Source of the DNA: Dehalococcoidia bacterium
GTDB lineage: Bacteria > Chloroflexota > Dehalococcoidia > Lucifugimonadales > Australimonadaceae
Direction: 5' to 3'
Assembly: GCA_021296055.1 (NCBI GenBank)
Contig: JAGWBE010000005.1
Location: 1-48,615 of the forward strand
DNA length: 48,615 bases
Position 1 is the first letter of the stretch. Each line of letters starts with the position of its first letter. Shown one piece after another: positions 34,241 through 48,189 of the stretch. The position numbers and the translations under genes were made by a program. The notes under the pieces were generated by a model. It had not been told where the DNA came from, searched no databases, and saw nothing but the letters and a program-made list of their open reading frames with translations.

Positions 34241-35575
34241 ATGAACGGGCACGGCGACCCCCGCGACTACGTCCTCCGCATGGCGAAGGACAACGACGTG
34301 CGCTTCATACGCCTCTGGTTCACCGATATCCTCGGCAGCCTAAAGGGCTTCGCCATCACTATCGCGGAGCTGGAAGGCGCCCTCGACCGCGGCATGGCGT
34401 TCGACGGTTCGGCGGTGGAAGGATTCGCTCGCGTGGACGAATCGGACATGGTCGCCATGCCCGACGCCGCCACCTTCTCCATCCTCCCGTGGCGTCCGCG
34501 CCAGAACGCCGTCGCCCGTGTCTTCTGCGACATCACCAGGCCTGACGGCGAGCCCTTCGAGGGCGACTCGCGCCACGTGCTCAAGACCGCCCTCAAGCGC
34601 GCCTCTGACGCGGGGTACACCTTCATGGTCGGCCCCGAGATGGAGCATTTCTACTTCAAGAGCGCGCAGGCGCCGGAGCCTCTCGACAAGGGCGGCTACT
34701 TCGATTTCACACCGCTGGACACGGCCACCGACCTGCGCCGCGAGACAGTGCTCACGCTCGAAGAGATGGGCATCCCCATCGAGTACAGCCACCATGAGGC
34801 GGCCCACTCCCAGCACGAGATCGACCTGCGCCACACCGATGCCCTCACGATGGCCGACTCCGTCATGACCTACCGCCAGGCGGTGAAAGACATCGCCATG
34901 CGCCACGGCGTCTACGCCACCTTCATGCCCAAGCCGTTGGAGGATCAGAACGGCAACGGAATGCACGTCAATCAGTCGCTCTTCCGCGGCGACGACAACG
35001 CCTTCTACGCCGCCGCCGATCCTTATCGTCTCAGCGCCGAGGCCCACCGGTACGTCGCCGGGCTGCTGCGCCACGCGCCCGAGATCGCCATTGTCTGCGC
35101 CCAATGGGTGAACTCCTACAAGCGCCTTGTCCCCGGCTTCGAGGCGCCGACTTACGTCTCGTGGGCCGCCGTCAACCGCAGCGACCTCGTGCGCGTTCCC
35201 GCCTACCGCCCAGGCAAGGAGGCGTCCACTCGCGTCGAGTTCCGCCTACCCGACCCGACTTGCAACCCGTACCTCGCCTTTGCCGCGATGCTCACCGCCG
35301 GACTCGCCGGCATCGAGCGCGCCTACGACCCCGTGCCCGCCGCCGCCGAGGACGCCGCCGCCCTCTCCGACGCCGAGCGCGCCGACAGGGGCGTCCGCCA
35401 ACTGCCCGGCAGCCTCTATGAGGCCATCCAGGCCGCTGAAGGCTCCGCCCTTCTGCGCCGTGCGCTGGGCGACCACACCTACGACAGCCTCCTCCGGAAC
35501 AAGCGGATCGAGTGGGAGCGTTACCGCTCCGCCGTCACCGACTACGAACTGAAGCGCTACCTGGCCATCCTGTAG
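34241..35575 (+). CDS. glnA: glutamine synthetase, type I
   Basis: 444 aa. VRFIRLWFTDILGSLKGF, FDGSAVEGFARVDESDM, NGNGMHVNQSL, C-terminal catalytic domain. Confidence 0.93.
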   Translation: MNGHGDPRDYVLRMAKDNDVRFIRLWFTDILGSLKGFAITIAELEGALDRGMAFDGSAVEGFARVDESDMVAMPDAATFSILPWRPRQNAVARVFCDITRPDGEPFEGDSRHVLKTALKRASDAGYTFMVGPEMEHFYFKSAQAPEPLDKGGYFDFTPLDTATDLRRETVLTLEEMGIPIEYSHHEAAHSQHEIDLRHTDALTMADSVMTYRQAVKDIAMRHGVYATFMPKPLEDQNGNGMHVNQSLFRGDDNAFYAAADPYRLSAEAHRYVAGLLRHAPEIAIVCAQWVNSYKRLVPGFEAPTYVSWAAVNRSDLVRVPAYRPGKEASTRVEFRLPDPTCNPYLAFAAMLTAGLAGIERAYDPVPAAAEDAAALSDAERADRGVRQLPGSLYEAIQAAEGSALLRRALGDHTYDSLLRNKRIEWERYRSAVTDYELKRYLAIL

Positions 35576-35577
35576 CC

Positions 35578-40125
<4,548 letters not shown>

Positions 40126-40213
40126 CCGGCCGCGAACCGCGGGCGCAGTCCCTGCCGCCGCCGCTGTAACGCGCCATTGGCCATGCTGATAGGCTGCCTA
40201 AGCGGGGCGCGCA

Positions 40214-41965
40214 ATGATCCATTCGTACCTCTTCATCGACCTCATCATCATCATCGTCGCCGCCTTCTTCGGCGCGGTCGCGGTGCGCCTGCTGCGCCTG
40301 CCCACCATCCTCGGCTACCTGGGCGTCGGCATCCTCGTCGGCCCCCACGGCCTCGGTCTGGTCAGAGAGGTCGAGTCGGTGGAGACGCTGGCCGAGTTCG
40401 GCGTCATCCTCCTGCTGTTCGCGGTGGGCGTGGAATTGTCGCTGTCCGACCTGCGCAAGATCGGCAGCCGCACCATCGCCGCGAGCGTGCTGCAGATTGG
40501 CGCGATGATGGCCGTCGGCTTCGGGATGGGGCGCCTCCTGGGATGGAGCGGCAGCCAAACCGTCGTCCTCGGCTTCATTCTCGCCCTCAGTTCCACGATG
40601 GTCGTGCTCAAGACGCTGAGCGACCGAGGCGAGTTTCAGATGGTGCACGGGCGCATCCTCGCCGGGTTCATGCTGATGCAAGACCTAGTGTTCGTGCCGA
40701 TGATCGCCGTGCTGCCCGCCTTGAGCGGCGAGAGCGGCCTCGATCTGGCGGGGCTTGGCGTCGGCTTGGGGCAGGCCATCGCCGTGCTTGGCCTCATCGT
40801 GGTGCTGGGCGGGCGGGTCGTACCGTGGCTGCTGGAGCGCGTGGCCAACATCGGCTCGCGCGAGACATTTGTCCTCGCCGTCGTAACCATCGCCTTCGCC
40901 GCCGCCGCCGCCACCAACGCCGTCGGCCTCTCCGCAGCCCTGGGCGCCTTCGCCGCCGGACTGGTCATCTCCGAGTCGGACTGGATAGGCCACCAGGCGC
41001 TCCAGCAGATTATGCCTCTGCGCGACATCTTCGCCGCCCTCTTCTTCGCCAGCCTGGGCGCGGCCACCGATCCTGCCTTCGTCCTCGACAACCTGCCGAC
41101 CGTCGTCTTGCTGGCCGCCGTCGCCATCGTCGTGAAGGGGTTGATCACCATAGGCGCGGTCAAGGCGGCTGGGTATCTCCCCAACACGGCGCTCCGCACC
41201 GGGTTCGGCAACACGCAGATCGGCGAGTTCGGTTTCATCCTTGCCGCCACCGCGGCGGCGGCCGGCGCAGCGGGCGCCGACTTCCTGCCCCTCGTGGCCG
41301 CCGCGACCGTCATCACCATGGCCGCCACGCCAGGCTTCTTCGCCGTGGGCGCCAAGGTCTCCCAAGTGCTGGCCGGGCGCGACCGCCGCCTCCGCCCCTA
41401 CCTGTCCGGCGCCTCCGACGCCGAGCGCGCCAGCGAGCGCGCCCCCCGCTACCACGACCACGTGCTGCTGGCGGGCTACGGGCGTGTAGGCTCCCTCGTC
41501 GCCCAAACCCTCGCCGAGCGCGTCATCCCCTTCATCGCCATTGACGAAGACCCCGAGGCGGTGCGGCGCGCCGTCGCGGCGGGCCATCACGCCCTGCTGG
41601 GCGACGCGTCCAACGACTCGGTGCTGCACGCCGCCGGCATCGCCCGCGCCCGCGTCCTCATCATCGCCGCGCCCGACCCGGTGGCGACGGTCGTGGTTGC
41701 CCAGCACGCCGCGCGCCTACGCCCCGGCATGCCCACCATCGTCCGAGTCGGCTGGGCGGAGGAGGCCGAGCGCCTGCGCGATGCGGGCGTCCACGACCTC
41801 GTATGGCCGGAGATGGAGGCGGGCCTGGAGATAGTGAGCCGCGCGCTGCGCCACTACGGGATAGACCCCGCTGAGACGCAGGCGGGGCACCGCGAGGCCC
41901 GCGCCCGCCTAGCCCCCCAAGATTCCGGCGCGGAACCGCCCCAAGATGGCAAGGAGGGCGCATAG
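40214..41965 (+). CDS. CPA2 cation:proton antiporter (Kef-type) with C-terminal TrkA-N/RCK domain
   Basis: N-terminal ~380 aa polytopic Na_H_exchanger-like region. VLLAGYGRVGSLVAQTL Rossmann motif of the RCK domain. Confidence 0.88.
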   Translation: MIHSYLFIDLIIIIVAAFFGAVAVRLLRLPTILGYLGVGILVGPHGLGLVREVESVETLAEFGVILLLFAVGVELSLSDLRKIGSRTIAASVLQIGAMMAVGFGMGRLLGWSGSQTVVLGFILALSSTMVVLKTLSDRGEFQMVHGRILAGFMLMQDLVFVPMIAVLPALSGESGLDLAGLGVGLGQAIAVLGLIVVLGGRVVPWLLERVANIGSRETFVLAVVTIAFAAAAATNAVGLSAALGAFAAGLVISESDWIGHQALQQIMPLRDIFAALFFASLGAATDPAFVLDNLPTVVLLAAVAIVVKGLITIGAVKAAGYLPNTALRTGFGNTQIGEFGFILAATAAAAGAAGADFLPLVAAATVITMAATPGFFAVGAKVSQVLAGRDRRLRPYLSGASDAERASERAPRYHDHVLLAGYGRVGSLVAQTLAERVIPFIAIDEDPEAVRRAVAAGHHALLGDASNDSVLHAAGIARARVLIIAAPDPVATVVVAQHAARLRPGMPTIVRVGWAEEAERLRDAGVHDLVWPEMEAGLEIVSRALRHYGIDPAETQAGHREARARLAPQDSGAEPPQDGKEGA

Positions 41966-41999
41966 TGAGAGGCTAGGGGAATCGGCGGGCAAACCGGAG

Positions 42000-42028
42000 T
42001 TGACAGCCCGCCAAGGGTGTTCTAAAGT
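42000..42028 (+). promoter_or_regulatory. near-consensus sigma70 promoter of the NYN gene
   Basis: TTGACA (42000-42005), 17 nt, TAAAGT (42023-42028). Confidence 0.6.
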
Positions 42029-42080
42029 AGCCCTGCTCAGCGTCTCCCGATAGTATCCCAGTTGGAGCGTGGGCTATGTT

Positions 42081-42124
42081 GAGGACTCCCGTGAGGGAGT
42101 CCTCTATCTATTATCTATGTTTTC
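42081..42124 (+). promoter_or_regulatory. 5'-leader stem-loop (10 bp, GTGA tetraloop) plus tandem TATCTAT repeat and U-rich tail
   Basis: GAGGACTCCC-GTGA-GGGAGTCCTC (42081-42104), then TATCTATTATCTATGTTTTC, then AAGGAGG SD and ATG 42139. Confidence 0.55.
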
Positions 42125-42138
42125 AAGGAGGCCGCCCG

Positions 42139-42975
42139 ATGCTGTTGCGCTCGGCGATATTCGTAGACGCTGGCTATCTGTACGCGCAAGGCGCTAAGGC
42201 GCTTACCGGTGGACCGCTGAAACGGGATCGGGTTGTTCTTGACATAGAGGCTGTGGTGGGGAGGCTGTTGGAGGCGGCAGCTGCAATGACGCAGGATGCG
42301 CCGCTCCTCCGTATTTACTGGTACGACGGCATGCTCCAAGGCCGGCTCTCGGCGGAACAGGAAGCGCTGGCCTACAAGCAAGACATGAAGCTGCGCTTGG
42401 GGGTCGTCAACAGTCAGGGGCAGCAAAAGGGCGTTGACTCGCTCATCGTGACAGATTTGATTGAACTGGCGCGCAACCAGTCTATCGCGGATGCGGTACT
42501 GCTGACGGGAGACGAAGATTTGCGGATTGCCGTACAGATCGCACAGAGCTTCGGTGTCCGGATCCATCTTATTGGCATCGAACCCAGCCGAGGTTCGCAA
42601 TCCGTAGCGCTTCTACAGGAAGCGGATACGGCAGTTGAATGGAAGAGAGAAATCGTTGCGACGTTTATGGATTCGGCACCGGGTGCTATCGAACACGGCG
42701 AGACTCCGGTTGTCCTCCCTGCGCACGACACAAGCGCAACTACCGTATTTCAAGCCATAGAGGAGGCTGCACAGGAATTCGTCGCAGGACTAGGTGTTAG
42801 TGATATTCGAGTGCTGGCCGCGCTGGGCCCGGGCGAAATCATCCCCCCGGGGTTTGACCGCCGTCTCCTTGCCATCTGCGGCAGGAGAGCGGGCCGAGAC
42901 CTTGAACTACCTGACAAGGCGCACATGAGGGAGGTATTCCGCCGCGCCGTCAGCGAGCGCATCGAGGACGCTTAG
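42139..42975 (+). CDS. NYN-domain (LabA/DUF88-like) predicted RNase with uncharacterised ~110-aa C-terminal domain
   Basis: AIFVDAGYLY..., QKGVDSLIVTDLIELARNQSIADAVLLTGDEDLRIAVQIAQSFGVRIHLIG (NYN acidic motifs). Codons frequently end in A/T (ATA, GTA, GCT, AAA, GAT, TTG), unlike the neighbours. Confidence 0.75.
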   Translation: MLLRSAIFVDAGYLYAQGAKALTGGPLKRDRVVLDIEAVVGRLLEAAAAMTQDAPLLRIYWYDGMLQGRLSAEQEALAYKQDMKLRLGVVNSQGQQKGVDSLIVTDLIELARNQSIADAVLLTGDEDLRIAVQIAQSFGVRIHLIGIEPSRGSQSVALLQEADTAVEWKREIVATFMDSAPGAIEHGETPVVLPAHDTSATTVFQAIEEAAQEFVAGLGVSDIRVLAALGPGEIIPPGFDRRLLAICGRRAGRDLELPDKAHMREVFRRAVSERIEDA

Positions 42976-44243
42976 CGCCCCGGCGCCGCGCGCACCGGGA
43001 AGCGCGACGCCAGCAGGAACACCGCCGATGTCGCTAGCATCAGGAACACCAGCGCCGTCAGCCAGCCGTCGTAGGAGCCTGTCCGCTCGAACACCAGCCC
43101 CGGCAGGTACGACCAGCCGCCGCTGCCCAGCAGCACCATCCCGTAGATCCACCCGCGGATCGTGTCGAACCACCGCCGTCCGTAGGCGCGCCCCAGGATT
43201 GCCCAGAAGACGGGCCAGACCGACTCCACCGGCGACACCAGCAGCACCGCCAGCGCGTAGCCCGGCGGCGCCTCGCTCAGGCGCAGCGCCAGCGACGCGG
43301 CGGCCATCGACAGCGCGAACGCCGCCAGCACCAGCGCCCCGTTGAAGCGGTCGGCCAACCACCCGATGAGCAGCACCATCGGAAAGGTGGATATGGCGTA
43401 CATCCCCGCGAACCACGCCGCCGTCTGCGTCGTCTCCCCCTTGGACACGAGGATGGGGATGAAGTGCAGGCCGAGGCTGCCGTAGGCGGACAGCCACAGC
43501 ACGACGCCGAGCAGCAACAACCAGTACAAGGGAGTGCGGATGGCCTGGCGCGGGGTCAGCCCCGCGGCCGCCTGGGCGGTGGCGCTCGGATCGGCGCGGC
43601 GCGGCGCGGCGTCGCCGTCGGGGTGCAGACCTCGCTCCTCCGGCGCGTTGCGCACGATGGCGCTTGCCGCGAACCCGAAGATGATGATGACCACGCCCGC
43701 GACGACCGACGTGGCGCGCCAGCCGTTCGTCCGCACCAGCGCCTCCAATGTCGGCACAATGAGCAGGCCGCCCAAGCCAATGCCCGCCGACAGGATGGAG
43801 AGCGCCAGCGCCTTGCGCCGTGAGAACCACGCGTTCGTGATGGCCGTAGGCGCTTGGAAGATCGCCCAGTTGAAGCCAAGGCTGATGAGCGCCGCGAACA
43901 CGATGAAGAGCGCGAGTAGGCTGTTCACCCAGAAGAGCGCCACATACCCCAGGCCGGCGGTGAACGCCCCGAACAGCAGCAGCTTTCTGCCGCCGTAGCG
44001 CTGCGCCAGCATCCCGGCGACAGGCGCGAACAATCCGACCTGCAACCCCGTCACCGCGAACACCAGCGAGATGGAGTCGCGCCCCACGCCCAGGTCCTCC
44101 TCCATCGGCAGCAGGAAGACGCCGCGTCCGTAGAGGCCCACGCCGCCGCCGATGACGCGCATCAGGGCCAACGCCAGCACCACCCGCCAGCCGAAGAAGG
44201 CGAGGTTCAGCGAACGGCCCGCTGGTTTGGCGGCCTCCGCCAT
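42972..44243 (-). CDS. MFS transporter (paralogue-like of 835-2127)
   Basis: 423 aa polytopic protein. FFGWRVVLALALMRVIGGGVGLYGRGVFLLPMEEDLG resembles the N-terminus of the first MFS gene. Confidence 0.8.
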   Translation of the reverse strand: MAEAAKPAGRSLNLAFFGWRVVLALALMRVIGGGVGLYGRGVFLLPMEEDLGVGRDSISLVFAVTGLQVGLFAPVAGMLAQRYGGRKLLLFGAFTAGLGYVALFWVNSLLALFIVFAALISLGFNWAIFQAPTAITNAWFSRRKALALSILSAGIGLGGLLIVPTLEALVRTNGWRATSVVAGVVIIIFGFAASAIVRNAPEERGLHPDGDAAPRRADPSATAQAAAGLTPRQAIRTPLYWLLLLGVVLWLSAYGSLGLHFIPILVSKGETTQTAAWFAGMYAISTFPMVLLIGWLADRFNGALVLAAFALSMAAASLALRLSEAPPGYALAVLLVSPVESVWPVFWAILGRAYGRRWFDTIRGWIYGMVLLGSGGWSYLPGLVFERTGSYDGWLTALVFLMLATSAVFLLASRFPVRAAPGR

Positions 44244-44253
44244 AGCGCGCTTC

Positions 44254-45342
44254 CTAGTAGCCCCGCTCCCAGTCCACCACGTTCTCCAACTCCTCTCCGT
44301 CGAGCAGGCGGCGCAGGTTGGCGCAGAAGAGGTCGAGGCCGAATAGGTGGTTCACGTCCGACTTCTGCGAGATGTGCGGGGACATAACCACGTGCGGATG
44401 CGACAGCAGCGCCTTGGGCGGCGGGACGATGAACTCCCGCGTGTAGACGTCCAGGTACGCCCCGCCCAGCTTGCCCGACTCCAGCGCGGCGATCATGGCG
44501 GGCTCGTCGATGACCTCGCCCCGCGCGACGTTGGCGATGAACGCGCCCTGCGGCATCGCGTCGAAGGCGGCGGCGTTCACCAGCCCCTCCGTCTCGTGCG
44601 TCCACATCGCGCACACGGCCACCAGCTGGCACTCCGCCAGCATCTCGAGCATCTGCGCCGCCGGGTAGAGCACGTCCACTCCCTGCGTATCCTCTTGGCG
44701 CTCCGCCGCCGAGCGGCGCGTGGCGACGACGCGCATCCCCATCCCCTTGGCCATCCGCGCTAAGGCGCGGCCAATGCCGCCCAACCCGATGACGCCCAGC
44801 GTCTTGCCCTGGACGACGATAGGGTTGTAGGCGTTCGGGTTGAAGGAGCGCGCGACTGTCTGCTGCGCGCCGGTATGGACGCCCCGCGCTAACGCGAGCA
44901 GTCCCGCCAGCGCCGACTCCGCGATGGGCTGCGCGCCCGTGTAGCCCCGCGACGAGGTCGTCAACACCGGGGCGCCCCAGAAGGATGAGCCGCGCACGTT
45001 GGACAGCCCGGCGAATCCCCAATGCACCCATCGCACGTCCGCCATGCGCTCGAACCCGTCCCTGGGGAAGGGCACACCCATCATCACCGCGTGCGCGCTA
45101 CGGATAGCCTCTTCGGCCTCCTCCGCCGTGGGGACGCGCTTGGGCTCGCTGCGCGTGAACCGCGCGATCAGATCCTCCGGCCAGTCCCGTCCCAGCTCCG
45201 GCAGCAGGCTGTGCCACAGACCGGTCACGCGCACGCGGCCCGGCGCAACTGCGGCGATGCGGTCGCGGTTCGCCTGCGGCTCGTCGCGTATCACCAGCAC
45301 GTTCAGCGGATCGGGCAGGTCGGGCATCAGGGGACGCTCCAA
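44254..45342 (-). CDS. D-isomer-specific 2-hydroxyacid dehydrogenase family protein
   Basis: VIGLGGIGRALARMAKGMGMRVVATRR (NAD fold), FIANVARGEVID, SPHIS. Confidence 0.85.
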   Translation of the reverse strand: MERPLMPDLPDPLNVLVIRDEPQANRDRIAAVAPGRVRVTGLWHSLLPELGRDWPEDLIARFTRSEPKRVPTAEEAEEAIRSAHAVMMGVPFPRDGFERMADVRWVHWGFAGLSNVRGSSFWGAPVLTTSSRGYTGAQPIAESALAGLLALARGVHTGAQQTVARSFNPNAYNPIVVQGKTLGVIGLGGIGRALARMAKGMGMRVVATRRSAAERQEDTQGVDVLYPAAQMLEMLAECQLVAVCAMWTHETEGLVNAAAFDAMPQGAFIANVARGEVIDEPAMIAALESGKLGGAYLDVYTREFIVPPPKALLSHPHVVMSPHISQKSDVNHLFGLDLFCANLRRLLDGEELENVVDWERGY

Positions 45343-45423
45343 AGATGGGGTCGCAGCGGAGTTTACCCCTCGGATGTGCTACCGTGTGCCCGGGGCGCGC
45401 CGCCCCGTCAGGAGGCGCCTGCT

Positions 45424-46500
45424 ATGACCTCGCAACCGGAGCGTCCGCGCTTCGTCGGGCCCGAGTTCCACCGCACGCAGAACTATCTGCTCGAGGGCCT
45501 GCGCCTCCTCCGCAACGACGCCAACCTGCCCAAGACCGTCCGGCCCGACGATGAGCTGAACACGCGCATCGCCCAGGCCATCCGCGCGATGGGCATCGAC
45601 GCCGCGTACGAGGAGGTCGCCGCCGCCGCGATCGACCGCGCCATCGACGAACTCTCCCCGCTGGCCGGGCTGTGGATCGGCCCGCGGGCGATGGACACGC
45701 GTTTCACCGCCATCACCGCCGCCCTTCTCGGCATGGCCGAGGCCGCCGACCTGCTGCCGGAGGAGCAGATGCGGGAGAACGCGCGCCCCGACCTGCGCGG
45801 CCTCTCCGACGCGCTGCGCCGCCTCAACCTCTACGCCGCGCGGCGCTTCCGGCGCGACGCCGCCGAGCGCGTGCGCGGCGTCTACGTCATCATCGACCCG
45901 TCCTTGACCAACGGACGCGACCCGGTGGAGGTGGCCGCCGCCGCCATCGAGGGGGGCGCGAGCGCGATTCAACTCCGCGACAAGGCGCCCGCCAAAGGCG
46001 CGAGCCTCGCGCTCGCCCGCCGCCTTGCGGGGGCGTGCCGCGAGAGGGGCGCGACCTTCATCGTCAACGACCACGCCGACGTGGCCGCCGCCGCCGACGC
46101 GGACGGCGCCCACGTCGGCCAGCGCGACCTGCCCATCGCGGAGGCGCGGCAGGCGATGCGCCCTTGGCAGCTCGTCGGCAAGTCCAACGCGCTCACGGAC
46201 GAGGCGCAAGCGAGTTTGGACGGCGGCGCGGACTATATCGCCGTCGGGCGCATGTTCGCGACCGCCTCCAAGCAGGACACGCGCCCCGCGGGCGTGGAGA
46301 CGCTCCGCCGCGTGCGCGAGGTTATCCCATCCGACGGTCCGCCCGTCGTCGCCATCGGCGGCATAACGGCCGCCAACGTCGGCGAGGCGGCGCGCGCGGG
46401 CGCCGACGGCGTCGCAGTCATCGGCGAGGTGGCGCAGGCGCCCGACCCCAAGGCCGCCGCCGCCCGTCTGCTCGACGCCTTCACGAGCGCCAAGGAGTAG
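45424..46500 (+). CDS. thiE: thiamine-phosphate synthase with ~150-aa N-terminal extension
   Basis: The C-terminal ~205 aa carry VYVIIDPS, IQLRDK, IVNDHADVA, GAHVGQRD, YIAVGRMFATASK, VVAIGGI. The N-terminal 150 aa could not be assigned to a family by eye. Confidence 0.85.
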   Translation: MTSQPERPRFVGPEFHRTQNYLLEGLRLLRNDANLPKTVRPDDELNTRIAQAIRAMGIDAAYEEVAAAAIDRAIDELSPLAGLWIGPRAMDTRFTAITAALLGMAEAADLLPEEQMRENARPDLRGLSDALRRLNLYAARRFRRDAAERVRGVYVIIDPSLTNGRDPVEVAAAAIEGGASAIQLRDKAPAKGASLALARRLAGACRERGATFIVNDHADVAAAADADGAHVGQRDLPIAEARQAMRPWQLVGKSNALTDEAQASLDGGADYIAVGRMFATASKQDTRPAGVETLRRVREVIPSDGPPVVAIGGITAANVGEAARAGADGVAVIGEVAQAPDPKAAAARLLDAFTSAKE

Positions 46501-46502
46501 CC

Positions 46503-47510
46503 ATGCGCGTCGCCGTCTTCAGCGCCAAGTCCTACGACCGCGCCTCCCTCGAAGAGGTGAACGCCGACGCGCGGCACGACCTGCGTTTCTTCGACGCGCC
46601 GCTGGACGCCTCCACGGCGGGACTAGCGGAGGGCGCCGATGCCGCCTGCGTCTTCGTCCACGACCGAGTGGACGCCGACGTGCTGGAGCGGCTGGCCGGC
46701 CTGGGCGTGCGCCTCGTCGCTATCCGAGCGGCGGGTTTCAACAACGTCGATCTGACGGCGGCGGGCACGTTGGGGCTGACGGTGGCCCGCGTCCCCGCCT
46801 ACTCCCCCCACGCCGTCGCCGAGCACGCCGTCGCGCTGATGCTCGCGCTCAACCGCAAGATTCACCGCGCGTACAACCGCGTCCGCGAGGGCAACTTCGC
46901 CCTCGATGGCCTGCTCGGTTTCGACTTCGCGGGCAAGACGGCGGGCGTCGTCGGCACGGGCAAGATAGGCGCGGTGCTCGTCCGCATTCTGGCCGGATTC
47001 GGCTGCCGCATCCTGGCCCACGACCCGTATCCGTCGCCCGAACTCGAGGCGTTGGGCGTGGAGTACGTCGCGCCGGATGACCTGTTCGCCCGCGCCGACG
47101 TCATCTCGCTGCACGCGCCGCTGACGCCGCAGACGCGCCACCTCATCGACGAGCGGGCGTTGGGGCGCATGAAGCAGGGCGTGATGCTGGTCAACACCAG
47201 CCGAGGCGCGCTCATCGACACGCGCGCCGTCATCGACGCGCTCAAGTCGGGGCGAATCGGCGCGCTCGCCCTTGACGTGTACGAGGAGGAGGACGACCTC
47301 TTCTTCCGCGACCTGTCGGAGCAGATCATCCAAGACGATGTCTTCACCCGGTTGCTCACCTTCCCCAACGTGCTCATCACCGGCCATCAGGCCTACTTCA
47401 CCCGCGAGGCGCTCCGCGGCATCGCCGAGACCACCCTCGCCAACATCGACGCGTTCGAGCAAGGCCAACGCTCCGGCAACGAACTGACGCCGGAACGGGC
47501 GCCCGGGTAG
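46503..47510 (+). CDS. ldhA: D-lactate dehydrogenase / 2-hydroxyacid dehydrogenase
   Basis: MRVAVFSAKSYD, VGTGKIGAVLVRILAGFGCRILAHD, LVNTSRGALID, ITGHQAYFT. ATG lies 2 nt after the thiE stop. Confidence 0.85.
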   Translation: MRVAVFSAKSYDRASLEEVNADARHDLRFFDAPLDASTAGLAEGADAACVFVHDRVDADVLERLAGLGVRLVAIRAAGFNNVDLTAAGTLGLTVARVPAYSPHAVAEHAVALMLALNRKIHRAYNRVREGNFALDGLLGFDFAGKTAGVVGTGKIGAVLVRILAGFGCRILAHDPYPSPELEALGVEYVAPDDLFARADVISLHAPLTPQTRHLIDERALGRMKQGVMLVNTSRGALIDTRAVIDALKSGRIGALALDVYEEEDDLFFRDLSEQIIQDDVFTRLLTFPNVLITGHQAYFTREALRGIAETTLANIDAFEQGQRSGNELTPERAPG

Positions 47511-47916
47511 GGCGGGGGCGCGTCCAAGGCGAGCGGGGGAGAGGGGATCGGTGTTTTCCGTTCCAATGTGTTCCATTGTGTAACTCTTACGCTTGGGCTT
47601 GGGTTGAGAACGGCGCCGCGGCGTTGCGGCGGTACGGCGGGGGCGTAACACTCCGGGGCTGCGATGGAACAGTCGCGGACAGGCGGGGGCGGGCGTCAAG
47701 GGCGCCGGGGGGCGGCAGAGGTTCATGTCAGCCAGGATGGCAGAGGGCGCGGCGTTTCGGCAATGGGGGGATGTCGTAGGGGCGACGGGGCGGCCTCGCG
47801 CCTCCCCCACATGCGCCGGGCGCCTCTTCCCATATCGGGGCTTGGTCATGTCGAGGTTCCCGCCTACGCGGGAACGACGGAGAGAGGGCGCCCGCTCAGC
47901 TGCAGCGGTTGGCTGT

Positions 47917-48060
47917 CTAGCCCGTCCGGCTGCCGGGCTCGAAGTCGTCGTCGAGCCAGCGCACGAAGTGCTCCGCGTGGGGAATGTAGGTGTCCTTGGA
48001 GGACTGCGCAAGGTTCGTAGCCTTGACCTCTACGACGTAGTTCTCCAGCGCGGCCTGCAC
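47917..48060 (-). CDS. short ORF resembling the N-terminal SAM-like/core-binding segment of tyrosine recombinases (possible gene fragment)
   Basis: (V)QAALENYVVEVKATNLAQSSKDTYIPHAEHFVRWLDDDFEP. Only GTG 48060 or TTG 48117 are available as starts. The rest of the 135-aa track ORF is low-complexity. Confidence 0.3.
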   Translation of the reverse strand: MQAALENYVVEVKATNLAQSSKDTYIPHAEHFVRWLDDDFEPGSRTG

Positions 48061-48189
48061 CTCGTCAAGGAGCGGGCGAGGGCGATGCCATCTCCGCTGT
48101 GGGCGTATACTCTGACCATGGCGCTCCGGCAATGAACTCACGCCGGAGCGTGCGCAGGGGTAGGACGGGAGGGCGCGGCGGATGACTAT

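Noticed and set aside
45343-45423. TPP riboswitch upstream of thiE
   Set aside because: The spacer is only 81 nt and lacks the conserved CUGAGA and ACCUGAUC...GCCAGCG elements.
47856-47875. Hairpin GTTCCCGC-CTAC-GCGGGAAC resembling a type I-E CRISPR repeat
   Set aside because: There is only a single copy, with no spacer-repeat periodicity and no cas genes in the window. It more likely acts as a terminator-like stem-loop downstream of the short minus-strand ORF, or is a stray REP-like element.
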